A stretch of DNA of 64,000 bases. Source: an uncultured bacterium. GTDB lineage: Bacteria; Bacillota; Clostridia; Oscillospirales; CAG-272. A model generated the notes under the pieces. The model was not told where the DNA came from. It saw nothing but the letters and a program-made list of their open reading frames with translations, and did no database searches. The DNA is taken from NCBI GenBank assembly GCA_945920215.1, contig CAMEJM010000008.1, forward strand, positions 14,134-78,133. The letters run 5' to 3'. The position numbers and the translations under genes were made by a program. Positions 8,387 through 16,669 of the stretch are shown here, piece after piece (the stretch's first letter is position 1; each line of letters starts with the position of its first letter).

Positions 8387-10036
8387 GTGACGGCAATGGT
8401 ATGCAACAAGTGCGGTTATGAATGGCGCGGCGTCATGGGCGAAAACTGCCCTGCCTGCGGCGCCCCGTCCGAGCTGATGGCGGGCGAGGACATCTATGCC
8501 CGCGGGGTCACGGCGGAGCGTGAAATGAAATTCAAGACCGCGATGCGTTGCTACGCCGGCGCCGCCGATCTCGGGGTGCCCTGCGCGGCGTATGCCGTCT
8601 GCCGTTGCATGGAAAAGAGCGGCTTGCGGCAGCAGAAGCCCGATCTGTATGAATTCTGGCTTTTCACGGCGGCGCGCACCGATGCGATTGCCGCCGCGGC
8701 GTATGCGAAATACGTGAAGCGATCGGGAGACGAGCGGACATGGCTGCGGTATCTGCGGCAGGCGGCGGACATGGGGCATGACGAATCTGCGATGAGGGTG
8801 GCACGGTATTATCTGCGGCACGGCAACCGCCCGGCGGCGCGCTTCTATCTCAAAAAGGCGTCCGGGATTGCCGCAGCGGTGCTGCTGTTCTTCCTTGGGA
8901 AAAACAAGCCCGCGTGCGAGCCGCATACCCCCGATTTGCCGGACAACACGGTTGAGCTGTGGAATATCGCCAACTATGCGCTGGAGCTGGAGCTGCCGCA
9001 CATTGCGTATGCTTATTATGAGGAGGCGGCGGACGCTTCCTATCTTCCCGCGATCGAAAAGGCGGCGGAGATGTGTATGCAGGGGCGGGGGTGCGCCCGT
9101 GACGAGGAACGGGTACAGAAGTATCTGACCGAGCTGGGCGACCTCGGCAAGCCCGAGGCTTACGTCCGGCTGGGAGATTATTATGTCAACGGCGCGCTCG
9201 GCGGGGAGCCGAATCCTTACGCCGCCGCCGAGATGTATCGCCGCGCCGCCGAGGCGGGGCATATGGGCGCTATGGTGCAGTGGGGCGACTGCCTGCTGGA
9301 CGGCAGCGGTGTCGAACGCGACAGCCGCGGGGCGCTCGCGTGGTATGACCGCGCCGCCAAAGAGGGGTCGCAGGTGGCGGCGGGGCGCGCCGCCCGCGTC
9401 AGAGAAAAAGCGCAGGAACTGTTTGAGGGCGGTGAAAAGCTGCTTCGCACGGGAGAATTTGACGGCGCGGTGAAACAACTGACACGCGCGGCGGAAATGG
9501 GTTACGCGGAGGCAGACTGCCTTTTGGGTGACTGCGCCCTCGCCGGGCGCGGCATGAAGGCCTCCCCAAAGGCGGCGGCGGAGTATTACCGGAGCGCCGC
9601 GATGCAGGGAAATGTGCGCGGCATGTATCGGCTCGGCACTCTCTACATGATGAACGAGGGCGTGCGGTTCGACGCGCGTTTGGCGGAAAAACTCTTGCAG
9701 GCGGCGGCGCGCGGCGGATACGCGCAGGCGACGGGAAAACTGGAGGCGCTGCGCGCCCGCAAGCAGAAATATCTTGCCCGGAAGATGTATGCGGTATCCT
9801 GTGCGATCTATCACCGCGGGGAACACGCCGAAGCGGCGCGGTACCGCGCCGTCGCCGCCAAGATGGGGCACGGACGGGCTGCATATCTGCTCGGCTGTAT
9901 GTATGACTGCGGGGACGGCGTGGTCAAGGACGCGGAGAAGGCGAGAGAGTATTATGAGCTGGCGCGGCGGCTTGGATACGATGGAAAAGCAGCGGGGATG
10001 ATGAGCAAATATCTTCATCGGTTGCCTCGGCTGTGA
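8387..10036 (+). CDS. Sel1-like (SLR/TPR-family) repeat protein with N-terminal zinc ribbon
   Basis: N-terminal CNKCG...CPACG zinc ribbon. It has multiple Sel1-type repeats, e.g. AAEMYRRAAEAGHMGAMVQWGDCLLDGSGVERDSRGALAWYDRAAKEG and AAEYYRSAAMQGNVRGMYRLGTLYMMNEGV. The start codon is GTG at 8387; ATG at 8396 is an alternative. Confidence 0.85.
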   Translation: MTAMVCNKCGYEWRGVMGENCPACGAPSELMAGEDIYARGVTAEREMKFKTAMRCYAGAADLGVPCAAYAVCRCMEKSGLRQQKPDLYEFWLFTAARTDAIAAAAYAKYVKRSGDERTWLRYLRQAADMGHDESAMRVARYYLRHGNRPAARFYLKKASGIAAAVLLFFLGKNKPACEPHTPDLPDNTVELWNIANYALELELPHIAYAYYEEAADASYLPAIEKAAEMCMQGRGCARDEERVQKYLTELGDLGKPEAYVRLGDYYVNGALGGEPNPYAAAEMYRRAAEAGHMGAMVQWGDCLLDGSGVERDSRGALAWYDRAAKEGSQVAAGRAARVREKAQELFEGGEKLLRTGEFDGAVKQLTRAAEMGYAEADCLLGDCALAGRGMKASPKAAAEYYRSAAMQGNVRGMYRLGTLYMMNEGVRFDARLAEKLLQAAARGGYAQATGKLEALRARKQKYLARKMYAVSCAIYHRGEHAEAARYRAVAAKMGHGRAAYLLGCMYDCGDGVVKDAEKAREYYELARRLGYDGKAAGMMSKYLHRLPRL

Positions 10037-10128
10037 AGATGCGCGCGGAACAAAATGCGCAAGTCTTTTGGTGATTGCATTGTGTAAAGGACAACTTCAG
10101 TGTTCTATCGAAGCAATTTTTAAGGTTG

Positions 10129-10158
10129 AAAAGCGGCGAAAGCCGCTTTTCTTCATTT
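10129..10158 (+). terminator. Terminator-like hairpin of repeat unit 1
   Basis: AAAAGCGGC-GAAA-GCCGCTTTT followed by CTTCATTT. Confidence 0.5.
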
Positions 10159-10354
10159 ATGCGCATTTTTAACGCGCTTCCTGCGGCTCGACGTACGGAG
10201 GTACGCCTCACGCCTTGGAAGCACGTTTCCGCATCACAGCTTCTTCGCCGGCTTTGAAGATGCGCGCGGAGCAAAATGCGCAGGGGCTATTTATGATTGC
10301 ATTGTGTTAATGGCAGTTTCAGTGTTCTATCGATCGAAGCAATTTTTAAGGTTG

Positions 10355-10384
10355 AAAAGCGGCTTTGCCGCTTTTCTCCTTTTA
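10355..10384 (+). terminator. Terminator-like hairpin of repeat unit 2
   Basis: AAAAGCGGC-TTT-GCCGCTTTT followed by CTCCTTTT. Confidence 0.5.
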
Positions 10385-10580
10385 TGCGCATTTTTAGCCG
10401 CCTTTCCGCGCCTCATCGTACGGAGGTACGATTCTCGGCTTGAAAGGCGACTTCCGCATCACATCTTCCGTGCCGGCGCCGGCTGTGAAGATTTGCGCGG
10501 AACAAAATGCGCAAGAGTTATTTATGATTGCATCGTGTTAAGGGCAGTTTCAGTGTTCTACCGAAGCGTTTTTTAAGGTG

Positions 10581-10610
10581 AAAAAGCGGCTTTGCCGCTT
10601 TTCTTTTTTT
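10581..10610 (+). terminator. Terminator hairpin of repeat unit 3
   Basis: AAAAAGCGGC-TTT-GCCGCTTTT followed by CTTTTTTT. This is the strongest T tail of the three. Confidence 0.65.
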
Positions 10611-10723
10611 ATGCGCGGCGAGAGTCGGCTGTGAAGATTTGCCCGGGAGGGGGTTCGGAGCGGGAGGCACCCCGGCGGGGCAGCAATTGCGGGAGCGGAA
10701 TATACTGGTATCGGAGGTGAATT

Positions 10724-11551
10724 ATGACCATTCTGATCCTCGGCGGGGATTCCCGCCAGAAATACGCCTCCGAGGAGCTTTCCCGCCTCGGTTACAGCGT
10801 CAGGCAATTGGAACCGATCCCGCAGGGCTCGGGTTCTGTCGCCTATAACGCGGACATCTTGCTGTTGCCGATCCCTGCCACGCGGGACGGCATCCATCTG
10901 AATTGCGCGTTGGACGCCCCTCCGACCCTGCACGCCGTTGCCGCCAAGGGACCCGCACGCATTTTCGGCGGCGGCTTCTCGGCGGATTTTGTATCGGAAA
11001 TGCGGCGTAGCGGCAGGGAAATTACCGACCTGCTGTCGCTTGACGTTTTCACGGAGCAAAACGCCGCCCTCACAGCCGAAGCCGCCATCGCGGTGGGAAT
11101 GCAGGCGTGCGGGCAATCCATGTCCGGACTGTGCGTCGGTGTGGTGGGGTACGGGCGTATCGCCGCGCGCCTTGCGCGGCATCTGCTTCTTCTGGGTGCG
11201 CGCGTCCTCGTGTTTGCAAGGCGGGAGGAGGCGCGGCTTGCGGCAAGACTTGACGGTGCGGAGCCGTTTGACACTGTTGGGATGAGGCTCCACCTTGCCG
11301 AATGCCGTCTGCTCTACAACACGGTGCCGGCGCCTCTGCTCGACCGCCATACCACCGAGTTGCTCTCGGACTGCGCCGTGATCGAACTGGCGTCGGGGCG
11401 GGAGAACATTTCTCTGAGCCCGAAAGCGCAACGCACGACCCTGCAATTTGCCCACTCCTTACCGGGTAAAATTTTCCCTGTCAGCGCGGGGCGCATCATT
11501 GCCCGCACGCTCGACCAAACCATGCAAAAAGAAGGATTGAATCTCAAATGA
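10724..11551 (+). CDS. dpaA: Dipicolinate synthase subunit A
   Basis: N-terminal ILILGGDSRQ. Rossmann motif VGVVGYGRIAARLARHLLLLGARVLVFAR. C-terminal SLPGKIFPVSAG matches the SpoVFA layout. It is followed by dpaB with an ATGA overlap. Confidence 0.88.
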   Translation: MTILILGGDSRQKYASEELSRLGYSVRQLEPIPQGSGSVAYNADILLLPIPATRDGIHLNCALDAPPTLHAVAAKGPARIFGGGFSADFVSEMRRSGREITDLLSLDVFTEQNAALTAEAAIAVGMQACGQSMSGLCVGVVGYGRIAARLARHLLLLGARVLVFARREEARLAARLDGAEPFDTVGMRLHLAECRLLYNTVPAPLLDRHTTELLSDCAVIELASGRENISLSPKAQRTTLQFAHSLPGKIFPVSAGRIIARTLDQTMQKEGLNLK

Positions 11552-12108
11552 TAGGATACGCATTCTGCGGTTCTTTCTGCACGCTTTCACATTCGCTTGC
11601 CGCCCTGCGGCGCCTGCGCGCCGAGGGAGCGGAGGTGCTTCCCATCTTCAGTGAGCGTGTGGCGGGGACCGACACCCGTTTCTGGCGGGCAAAGGAATTT
11701 ACCGAAACCGTGGAGACCATGTGCGAGCGCAAAGCGGTACGCACCATTGTCGAGGCGGAGCCGCTCGGCCCCTCGATTCATCTCGAAGCCCTCGTCATTG
11801 CCCCCTGCACAGGCAACACCCTTGCCAAAATCGCGCAGGGCATTACCGACTCCGCCGTGACCATGGCAGCCAAAGCACATATCCGCTCCGACCGCCCGCT
11901 TCTGTTGGCGCTTTCCTCAAACGATTCGATGTCGGCTAACCTTGCCAACATTGCCATTCTCTTACAGCGAAAGCAGATCTTCTTCGTCCCGATGCGGCAG
12001 GATGACCCGGAGAAGAAGCCGCATTCTTTAGTCGCCGACTTCACCGCGCTGCCGGACTGCCTCTCTGCCGCCTTGGAGGGGCGCCAGCTCCGCCCTCTGT
12101 TTCTCTGA
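11548..12108 (+). CDS. dpaB: Dipicolinate synthase subunit B (flavoprotein)
   Basis: CGSFCT, TDTRFW, AEPLGP, VIAPCTGNTLAKIAQGITDS, MAAKAHIR and FFVPMRQDDPEKKPHSLVA closely follow B. subtilis SpoVFB. Confidence 0.92.
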   Translation: MIGYAFCGSFCTLSHSLAALRRLRAEGAEVLPIFSERVAGTDTRFWRAKEFTETVETMCERKAVRTIVEAEPLGPSIHLEALVIAPCTGNTLAKIAQGITDSAVTMAAKAHIRSDRPLLLALSSNDSMSANLANIAILLQRKQIFFVPMRQDDPEKKPHSLVADFTALPDCLSAALEGRQLRPLFL

Positions 12109-12129
12109 CCGCGCGTTTCCCGCGCGAAG

Positions 12130-12157
12130 AAAAAAGCGCCCGGCGGGGCGCTTTTTT
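12130..12157. terminator. Bidirectional intrinsic terminator between convergent dpaB and dnaC-like genes
   Basis: AAAAAAGCGCCC-GGCG-GGGCGCTTTTTT, a perfect stem with A and T runs on both sides. Confidence 0.75.
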
Positions 12158-12179
12158 CATGTGTTCTTTCCCCGGCGTT

Positions 12180-13151
12180 TTATTCTTTGCGCTCGGACAG
12201 GCTTTGCTGGCGGATATCCTGCCCGACAAAGCGCAGGACGCGGTAGTTGCCGAGGAAGCGGCTGGTGAGGCGGGTATCGTAGCGCTCGTTCAACTCCTGC
12301 GCGGTGAGGTTGGTGCTGATGACGGTGGAAAGACCGCGGACAAGGCGGGTGTTGACGATCTGATAGAGGCAGGAGAGGGTGAACTGCCCGCCGAACTCGG
12401 TGCCGAGGTCGTCGAGAATGAGCAGGTCGGTTTTCAGATATTTTTCCGCGCGCCCGGTTTCGTTGCTGTAACTGTTGCGGAAGTGGTCGTACTCAAAGTC
12501 GGAGATGATTGCTTGCGCGGTCTCGTAAATCACGTCGTACCCGCGCGAAATCACCGTGCGGGCGATGGCGGTGGACAGGTGGGTTTTCCCGAGACCCGTG
12601 CCGCCCATGAGCAGGAGATTCTCCCTGCCGGGCTTGAAACACTCCGCAAAATCCTTGGCGGCGGCGAGGGTCTGCTTCATCAGGCTGCGTTCCTCCGGCG
12701 TGTGGTAATATTTCAGAGAAAAGGTATCAAAGGTTTGGGTATCGGCGTTGGCAACGCCGCCGGCACGCAGACTTTCCAGCTGCAGCAGTTCTTTCATGCA
12801 GGCGCACATACGGGTCAGGACATAGCCGGTGTCGGCGCAGAGGGGACAGGTATAGTGCGGGTCTGTAAAATCCGCGGGGTGCCCCAAAGAGGCAAGCAGC
12901 TCCCGCCGGACGGCGAGCATCTGCTCGTTCTCCCGCCGGATAGCGGCGACCTTGCGCTCCACGTCCCCGCCGTCGAGGGCGGCTTCGAAAATCCGCTTGG
13001 CGGTCTGCGAGAGCGCGGCGTCGAGTTCCGCCGCTTCGGGACTTTCGCCGTGGAAAATCTGCCGGTTTGCTTCCGCGTCGGAGAGCGCCTTTTCACGGCG
13101 CCGTGCAAGCTCGTCCGTGACGAGGCGGTAGGTTTCTGCTCTGTATCCCAT
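12180..13151 (-). CDS. DnaC/DnaI-type replicative helicase loader (AAA+ ATPase)
   Basis: Walker A GGTGLGKTHL, Walker B LLILDDLGTE, an upstream CPLCADTGYV zinc motif, and a AAAGGATAAGGA Shine-Dalgarno. It lies directly downstream of a DnaD-domain gene. Confidence 0.88.
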   Translation of the reverse strand: MGYRAETYRLVTDELARRREKALSDAEANRQIFHGESPEAAELDAALSQTAKRIFEAALDGGDVERKVAAIRRENEQMLAVRRELLASLGHPADFTDPHYTCPLCADTGYVLTRMCACMKELLQLESLRAGGVANADTQTFDTFSLKYYHTPEERSLMKQTLAAAKDFAECFKPGRENLLLMGGTGLGKTHLSTAIARTVISRGYDVIYETAQAIISDFEYDHFRNSYSNETGRAEKYLKTDLLILDDLGTEFGGQFTLSCLYQIVNTRLVRGLSTVISTNLTAQELNERYDTRLTSRFLGNYRVLRFVGQDIRQQSLSERKE

Positions 13152-13156
13152 AGTCC

Positions 13157-14131
13157 TTATCCTTTTTGATCGGTTTGGTCGGTGCTTTTTCCGTAGGAGC
13201 GCTCCAACGCGCTTTCAAAGAAGCTGTTGACGTCAAAGCTTGAAGTGGACGGCTTTTTGCCGCCGGACGACTTCTTCGCCGCGGTGGAGCCACTCTTCGC
13301 ACGGGCGGGGGCGGCGGCGAGGTACGCCTCGACTTCCGGCAGGGTTTTCAACCCCCGGCGGTGCCAGTCCTCCAGTATTTTATCGGCGTAACCGAGGGTC
13401 ACTTTCGCGGCCGTGTTGGCGGTGATGTCATAGGCGGCGCCGATGACGTCCATATCATATCCGTAGGAGACGAACCAACGCTCCAGCATGGCGTTTTCCC
13501 GGTCTGTCAGCGCGCGGCTGCCAAGCCCCCAAAGGCGTCGCACCTGCCCTTCGTGAGAATGGACGAATTCATACCGCTTGATGTACTCGTCGAGCGCGGC
13601 GTCTCCGGTCACGCCCTCCTCCGAGAGAGTGAGGGCGACCTTTTCAAGATATTTGATATTCTTTTTGCCGAGCGTGTTCACGCAGAAGTCCAGAAGGGTT
13701 GTCAGGTACGACTCGCTCACGCCGAGAGAGTGAATGATTGCGACCAGCGTATTGATTTCCGCCGTGTTGAGCAGTCTGCCGAGGATCTGAGCGCAGGCGT
13801 CGAGACAATCCCGAAGCTGTTGCTCCTCGATGACGCGGGCGTCCTCCGCGGCGGTCCCTTTGAGAAGCTCCTGCGACGTCAGCGGCTGCTTTGCGTGCGG
13901 CTCCTCCTCGATGATACCTGCCGCAAGCCAGTATTCCACGGCGGCGGCGGCACGGGTCAGGCTGAGTCCGCTCTGCTTGGAAAGGGTATCGACCGAGGCG
14001 GTATAGCCCGAGAGGGAAAGCGAGAGCAGGATCCGCAAATCGTCCGCGGAGGCTTCCCGCAGGGCGGGGGTGTCCGTCAGGGCGGGCAGGCGCACGGTGA
14101 CGCCGTTTTTCAGTGCATAGGAGTTACTCAT
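13157..14131 (-). CDS. DnaD-domain replication initiation/primosome protein (DnaB/DnaD family of Firmicutes)
   Basis: C-terminal DnaD-type segment ERWFVSYGYDMDVIGAAYDITANTAAKVTLGYADKILEDWHRRGLKTLPEVEAY. GGGAGGA Shine-Dalgarno. It overlaps the rex stop by 8 nt. Confidence 0.82.
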   Translation of the reverse strand: MSNSYALKNGVTVRLPALTDTPALREASADDLRILLSLSLSGYTASVDTLSKQSGLSLTRAAAAVEYWLAAGIIEEEPHAKQPLTSQELLKGTAAEDARVIEEQQLRDCLDACAQILGRLLNTAEINTLVAIIHSLGVSESYLTTLLDFCVNTLGKKNIKYLEKVALTLSEEGVTGDAALDEYIKRYEFVHSHEGQVRRLWGLGSRALTDRENAMLERWFVSYGYDMDVIGAAYDITANTAAKVTLGYADKILEDWHRRGLKTLPEVEAYLAAAPARAKSGSTAAKKSSGGKKPSTSSFDVNSFFESALERSYGKSTDQTDQKG

Positions 14132-14819
14132 CCGTTTCCTCCCGGTCGGCGCAGCCGACCTTGTAGCACAGTACCATCAGCGAATCGTCCAGGTGGATAT
14201 TCTGCACCGTGGCGGGCAGACTGCGGGGCAATTCAACGTCCGAAAAATTGAGTATCCCGCGCACGCCGGCTTCGCACAGGCGCTCCGCAACCGCGGGGGC
14301 GGCGTCTGCCGGCAGGGTCAGAATGGCAAGCGTGATGTTTTCGGCACGGCAATACCGCTCCAGTTCCGCGGCGTCATAGACCGGGATCTCGCCTACGGTG
14401 CTGCCGATGAGTTTGGGGTCGCGGTCAAACGCCGCCATGCAGTGCACGCCGCGGCGCACGAACATACGGGAGCTGAGCAGGGCGTGCCCCATGTTGCCCA
14501 CGCCCACGACGACCGCGCGGTACCCGGCGTTGGCGCCCAGCAGATCTCCGACTTTTCGGAAAAGATATTTGACGTTGTAGCCGTATCCCTGCTGCCCGAA
14601 ATCTCCGAAACAGCTGAGATCCTGCCGGATCTGCGAGGCGGTGACATGCATACGCTTGGCAAGCTCCGAGGACGAAATGCGCAGAATCCCCTCCCCGAGA
14701 AGAGCCGCAAGATAGCGGTGATAGCGCGGCAAGCGGTGAACGGTGGCGGCGGACGGCTGCGCTTTTTTCTCACGGGCACGCCTTTCAAAGGTGCCTTTAA
14801 CCTTATCAATGCTGTTCAC
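14124..14819 (-). CDS. rex: Redox-sensing transcriptional repressor Rex
   Basis: RLPRYHRYL, SSSELAKRMHVTASQIRQDLSCFGDFGQQGYGYNV and the Rossmann motif VVVGVGNMGHAL are present. GTG start lies 7 nt after AGGAGGA. Confidence 0.9.
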   Translation of the reverse strand: MNSIDKVKGTFERRAREKKAQPSAATVHRLPRYHRYLAALLGEGILRISSSELAKRMHVTASQIRQDLSCFGDFGQQGYGYNVKYLFRKVGDLLGANAGYRAVVVGVGNMGHALLSSRMFVRRGVHCMAAFDRDPKLIGSTVGEIPVYDAAELERYCRAENITLAILTLPADAAPAVAERLCEAGVRGILNFSDVELPRSLPATVQNIHLDDSLMVLCYKVGCADREETDE

Positions 14820-14893
14820 GTGAACTTCCTCCTATGGGACGACGCCGGGCGGGCAAACGGGTTGCCCACCGGGACTATCGGATGGTTTTTCTC

Positions 14894-15964
14894 TCACTCG
14901 TCGGCGGCGCGTGCGTTCAGGGAAGCCCCCGCTCTTGCGCCGGACAGATATTCGTACAAGCCCTGCGCCGCGACCATGGCGCCGTTGTCCCCGCACAGGG
15001 AGAGCGGGGGGACATAGAGGCGCACGCCGTGCGCCTCTGTGAGAGCCGTGAGGCGGGCGCGCAGATGGGAATTGGCGGCGACGCCGCCTGCAATCACAAG
15101 GTTCATGTCGGGGTGCCGCGACAGGGCGGCGTCCAGCTTGGTTGCCACGCCCTCTACGGCTTCATAGGTATAGCGGGCGGCAAACAGGGCGGGATCGGTT
15201 TCCGCGCCGAGCTGCTCGCGGCGGTGCAGCAGATTGACGGCTGCGGTTTTGAGCCCGGAGAAAGAAAAGTCGAGGCTGTCGTCGGAAATCGCGGGGGAGG
15301 GCAGGCGCATTTCCGGGTCCCGGTAAGCGGGGGTGCGGGGATAGGCGTTCCAGAAGTTGTCGGACAGCCCCGTCGCCTTTTCAAAGCCGCTGCGGGCAAG
15401 CTTGTCGAACCCCGCGCCGGCGGGGTACGGAATCCCGATCAGGCGCCCGATTTTATCGAACGCTTCTCCGATGGCGTCGTCGCGCGTGGAGCCGATCAGG
15501 GTAAAATGCGTGTAGTCGGCGACCTCATAGATCGAGGTATGCCCGCCCGAGAAAGCCGCCGCGAGAAACGGGGGTTTGGGGGCGTCGGCGGTGAGGTAGG
15601 AGGCGGCGATGTGCGCGCGCATATGATCCACCTCGACGAGCGGAATACGATTGGCGACGGCAAGAGACTTCGCAAAATTGACGGCGACCAAGAGCGCTCC
15701 GATCAATCCCGGATGGGAGGTGACCGCCACGGCGGTGATGTCGGAGAGGCTTACGCCTGCCTGTGCGAGCGCCTCATAGGTGATGCGGGAAATGGCTTCG
15801 ATGTGCGCGCGGCCGGCAATTTCCGGCACCACGCCGCCGTACAGACGGTGTACGTCCACCTGACTTGCCACGATATCGGAGAGAGAGGTGAGCGCGCCGC
15901 CGTCCCATGAAACGACAGACGCCGCCGTCTCGTCGCAGGAGCTTTCAAAACCGAGAATCAGCAT
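14894..15964 (-). CDS. tsaD: tRNA N6-adenosine threonylcarbamoyltransferase
   Basis: MLILGFESSCDETAASVV, GGHTSIY and the GVAAN motif are present. I used the internal ATG at 15964, because the longer ORF start at 16045 lies inside rimI. Confidence 0.92.
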   Translation of the reverse strand: MLILGFESSCDETAASVVSWDGGALTSLSDIVASQVDVHRLYGGVVPEIAGRAHIEAISRITYEALAQAGVSLSDITAVAVTSHPGLIGALLVAVNFAKSLAVANRIPLVEVDHMRAHIAASYLTADAPKPPFLAAAFSGGHTSIYEVADYTHFTLIGSTRDDAIGEAFDKIGRLIGIPYPAGAGFDKLARSGFEKATGLSDNFWNAYPRTPAYRDPEMRLPSPAISDDSLDFSFSGLKTAAVNLLHRREQLGAETDPALFAARYTYEAVEGVATKLDAALSRHPDMNLVIAGGVAANSHLRARLTALTEAHGVRLYVPPLSLCGDNGAMVAAQGLYEYLSGARAGASLNARAADE

Positions 15965-16413
15965 AGGGGGCTCTCCTCCCGAATCAGGTGAAATAGCAGG
16001 GCGTCCTCCCGCGGGTTGCGGTAATAGGCGCGGCGCACGCCGCACTTTTCAAAGCCGACCGAGGCGTACAGAGAAACGGCGGGGGCATTGGAGGCGCGCA
16101 CCTCCAAAAAAAATGAGCGGCAGCCGCGCGCGTGAGCGCGCCCCAGAAAAGCGGCGAGCAGGGCTTGTCCTAAACCGCGCCTGCGACAGGCAGGGAGGGT
16201 GGCGACGCGGTAAATTTCCGCCTCCGGGGGGAGCAGTCTGCCGCTGACATAGGCGGCGACCGTACCGTCTGTTTCCGCGAGCAGGGTCAGGCACCCGGGG
16301 TCGTCCAGCTGAGCTTGCAGAGCACCGGCGCTCCACGGTTCGTCTGCCAGACATTCGTTTTCCAGACGCACAAGGGCGGCAAGGTCGGTTCCATTGGCGG
16401 TACGCAGGTGCAT
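15958..16413 (-). CDS. rimI: Ribosomal-protein-alanine N-acetyltransferase (GNAT)
   Basis: GNAT core VATLPACRRRGLGQALL and FLEVRASNAPAVSLYASVGF. The end overlaps the tsaD start by 7 nt, the typical rimI-tsaD arrangement. Confidence 0.85.
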   Translation of the reverse strand: MHLRTANGTDLAALVRLENECLADEPWSAGALQAQLDDPGCLTLLAETDGTVAAYVSGRLLPPEAEIYRVATLPACRRRGLGQALLAAFLGRAHARGCRSFFLEVRASNAPAVSLYASVGFEKCGVRRAYYRNPREDALLFHLIREESPLC

Positions 16414-16470
16414 AGCGGCGCTCCTTTCTGCTTTTTTCGGCGGGACTGACGCAAAGACGTGTTATTTTTC

Positions 16471-16499
16471 ATTATAACGCCGGTGATAAAAGATGTCAA
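16471..16499 (-). promoter_or_regulatory. Consensus sigma-A promoter for the rimI-tsaD-rex-dnaD-dnaC operon
   Basis: The minus strand reads TTGACA, 17-nt spacer, TATAAT (plus-strand ATTATA 16471-16476 and TGTCAA 16494-16499). Confidence 0.7.
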
Positions 16500-16588
16500 G
16501 CGCGCGCCCGCCCCCACGCAGGCGAAGCGCGCGCCCCCGCGCACGAAGCATTGCGCGCAACGCACGGGGAAAGAGGGAAGAAGCCGGG

Positions 16589-16622
16589 CAAAAAGCGGCG
16601 GAAAGAACCTTTCTCCCCGCCG
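16589..16622 (-). terminator. Terminator-like hairpin downstream of pncB
   Basis: The minus strand reads CGGCGGGGAGAAAGG-TTC-TTTCCGCCG followed by CTTTTTG. Confidence 0.5.
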
Positions 16623-16669
16623 TTTCCGTCATTGTATATCCGGGAAGTTCTCCCGGCTTCCCTCCCGCG

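Larger units (their letters stand above)
10027..10645 (+). repeat. Tandem array of 220-230 bp units (two full, one truncated, plus the start of a fourth)
   Basis: The junction motif CGGCT(G/T)TGAAGAT occurs with TGAAGAT at 10034, 10255, 10486 and 10632. The conserved core is GCGCGGAACAAAATGCGCA..TTATGATTGCATTGTGTTAA.GGCAGTTTCAGTGTTCTATCGAAGCAATTTTTAAGGTTGAAAAGCGGC....GCCGCTTTTC. Confidence 0.9.

Noticed and set aside
8318-10018. 566-aa ORF on the minus strand
   Set aside because: It is fully antisense to the Sel1-repeat gene, which has clear repeat motifs. The translation is Arg/Pro/Gly/Ala-rich with no motifs. This is the typical shadow ORF of high-G+C DNA.
10075-10576. Small plus-strand ORFs (60 and 90 aa) inside the tandem repeat array
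   Set aside because: They read straight through terminator hairpins and have no Shine-Dalgarno. Their sequences differ between repeat copies by frame-breaking indels.
10027-10645. Possible CRISPR array
   Set aside because: The units are 220-230 bp and directly abutting. There is no alternation of short conserved repeats with unique spacers, and no cas genes are in the window.
10640-10723. Sporulation (SigK-type) promoter upstream of dpaA
   Set aside because: I expected one by analogy with B. subtilis spoVF. The only candidate (GGAATATACTGG) does not match the CATA---TA -10 or a properly spaced AC -35, so no call is made.
12180-13151. IS21-type IstB helper ATPase (mobile element)
   Set aside because: No IstA transposase or inverted repeats are present. 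The gene follows a DnaD-domain gene within a housekeeping operon, and its product carries a DnaI-like N-terminal zinc motif. It is therefore a helicase loader.
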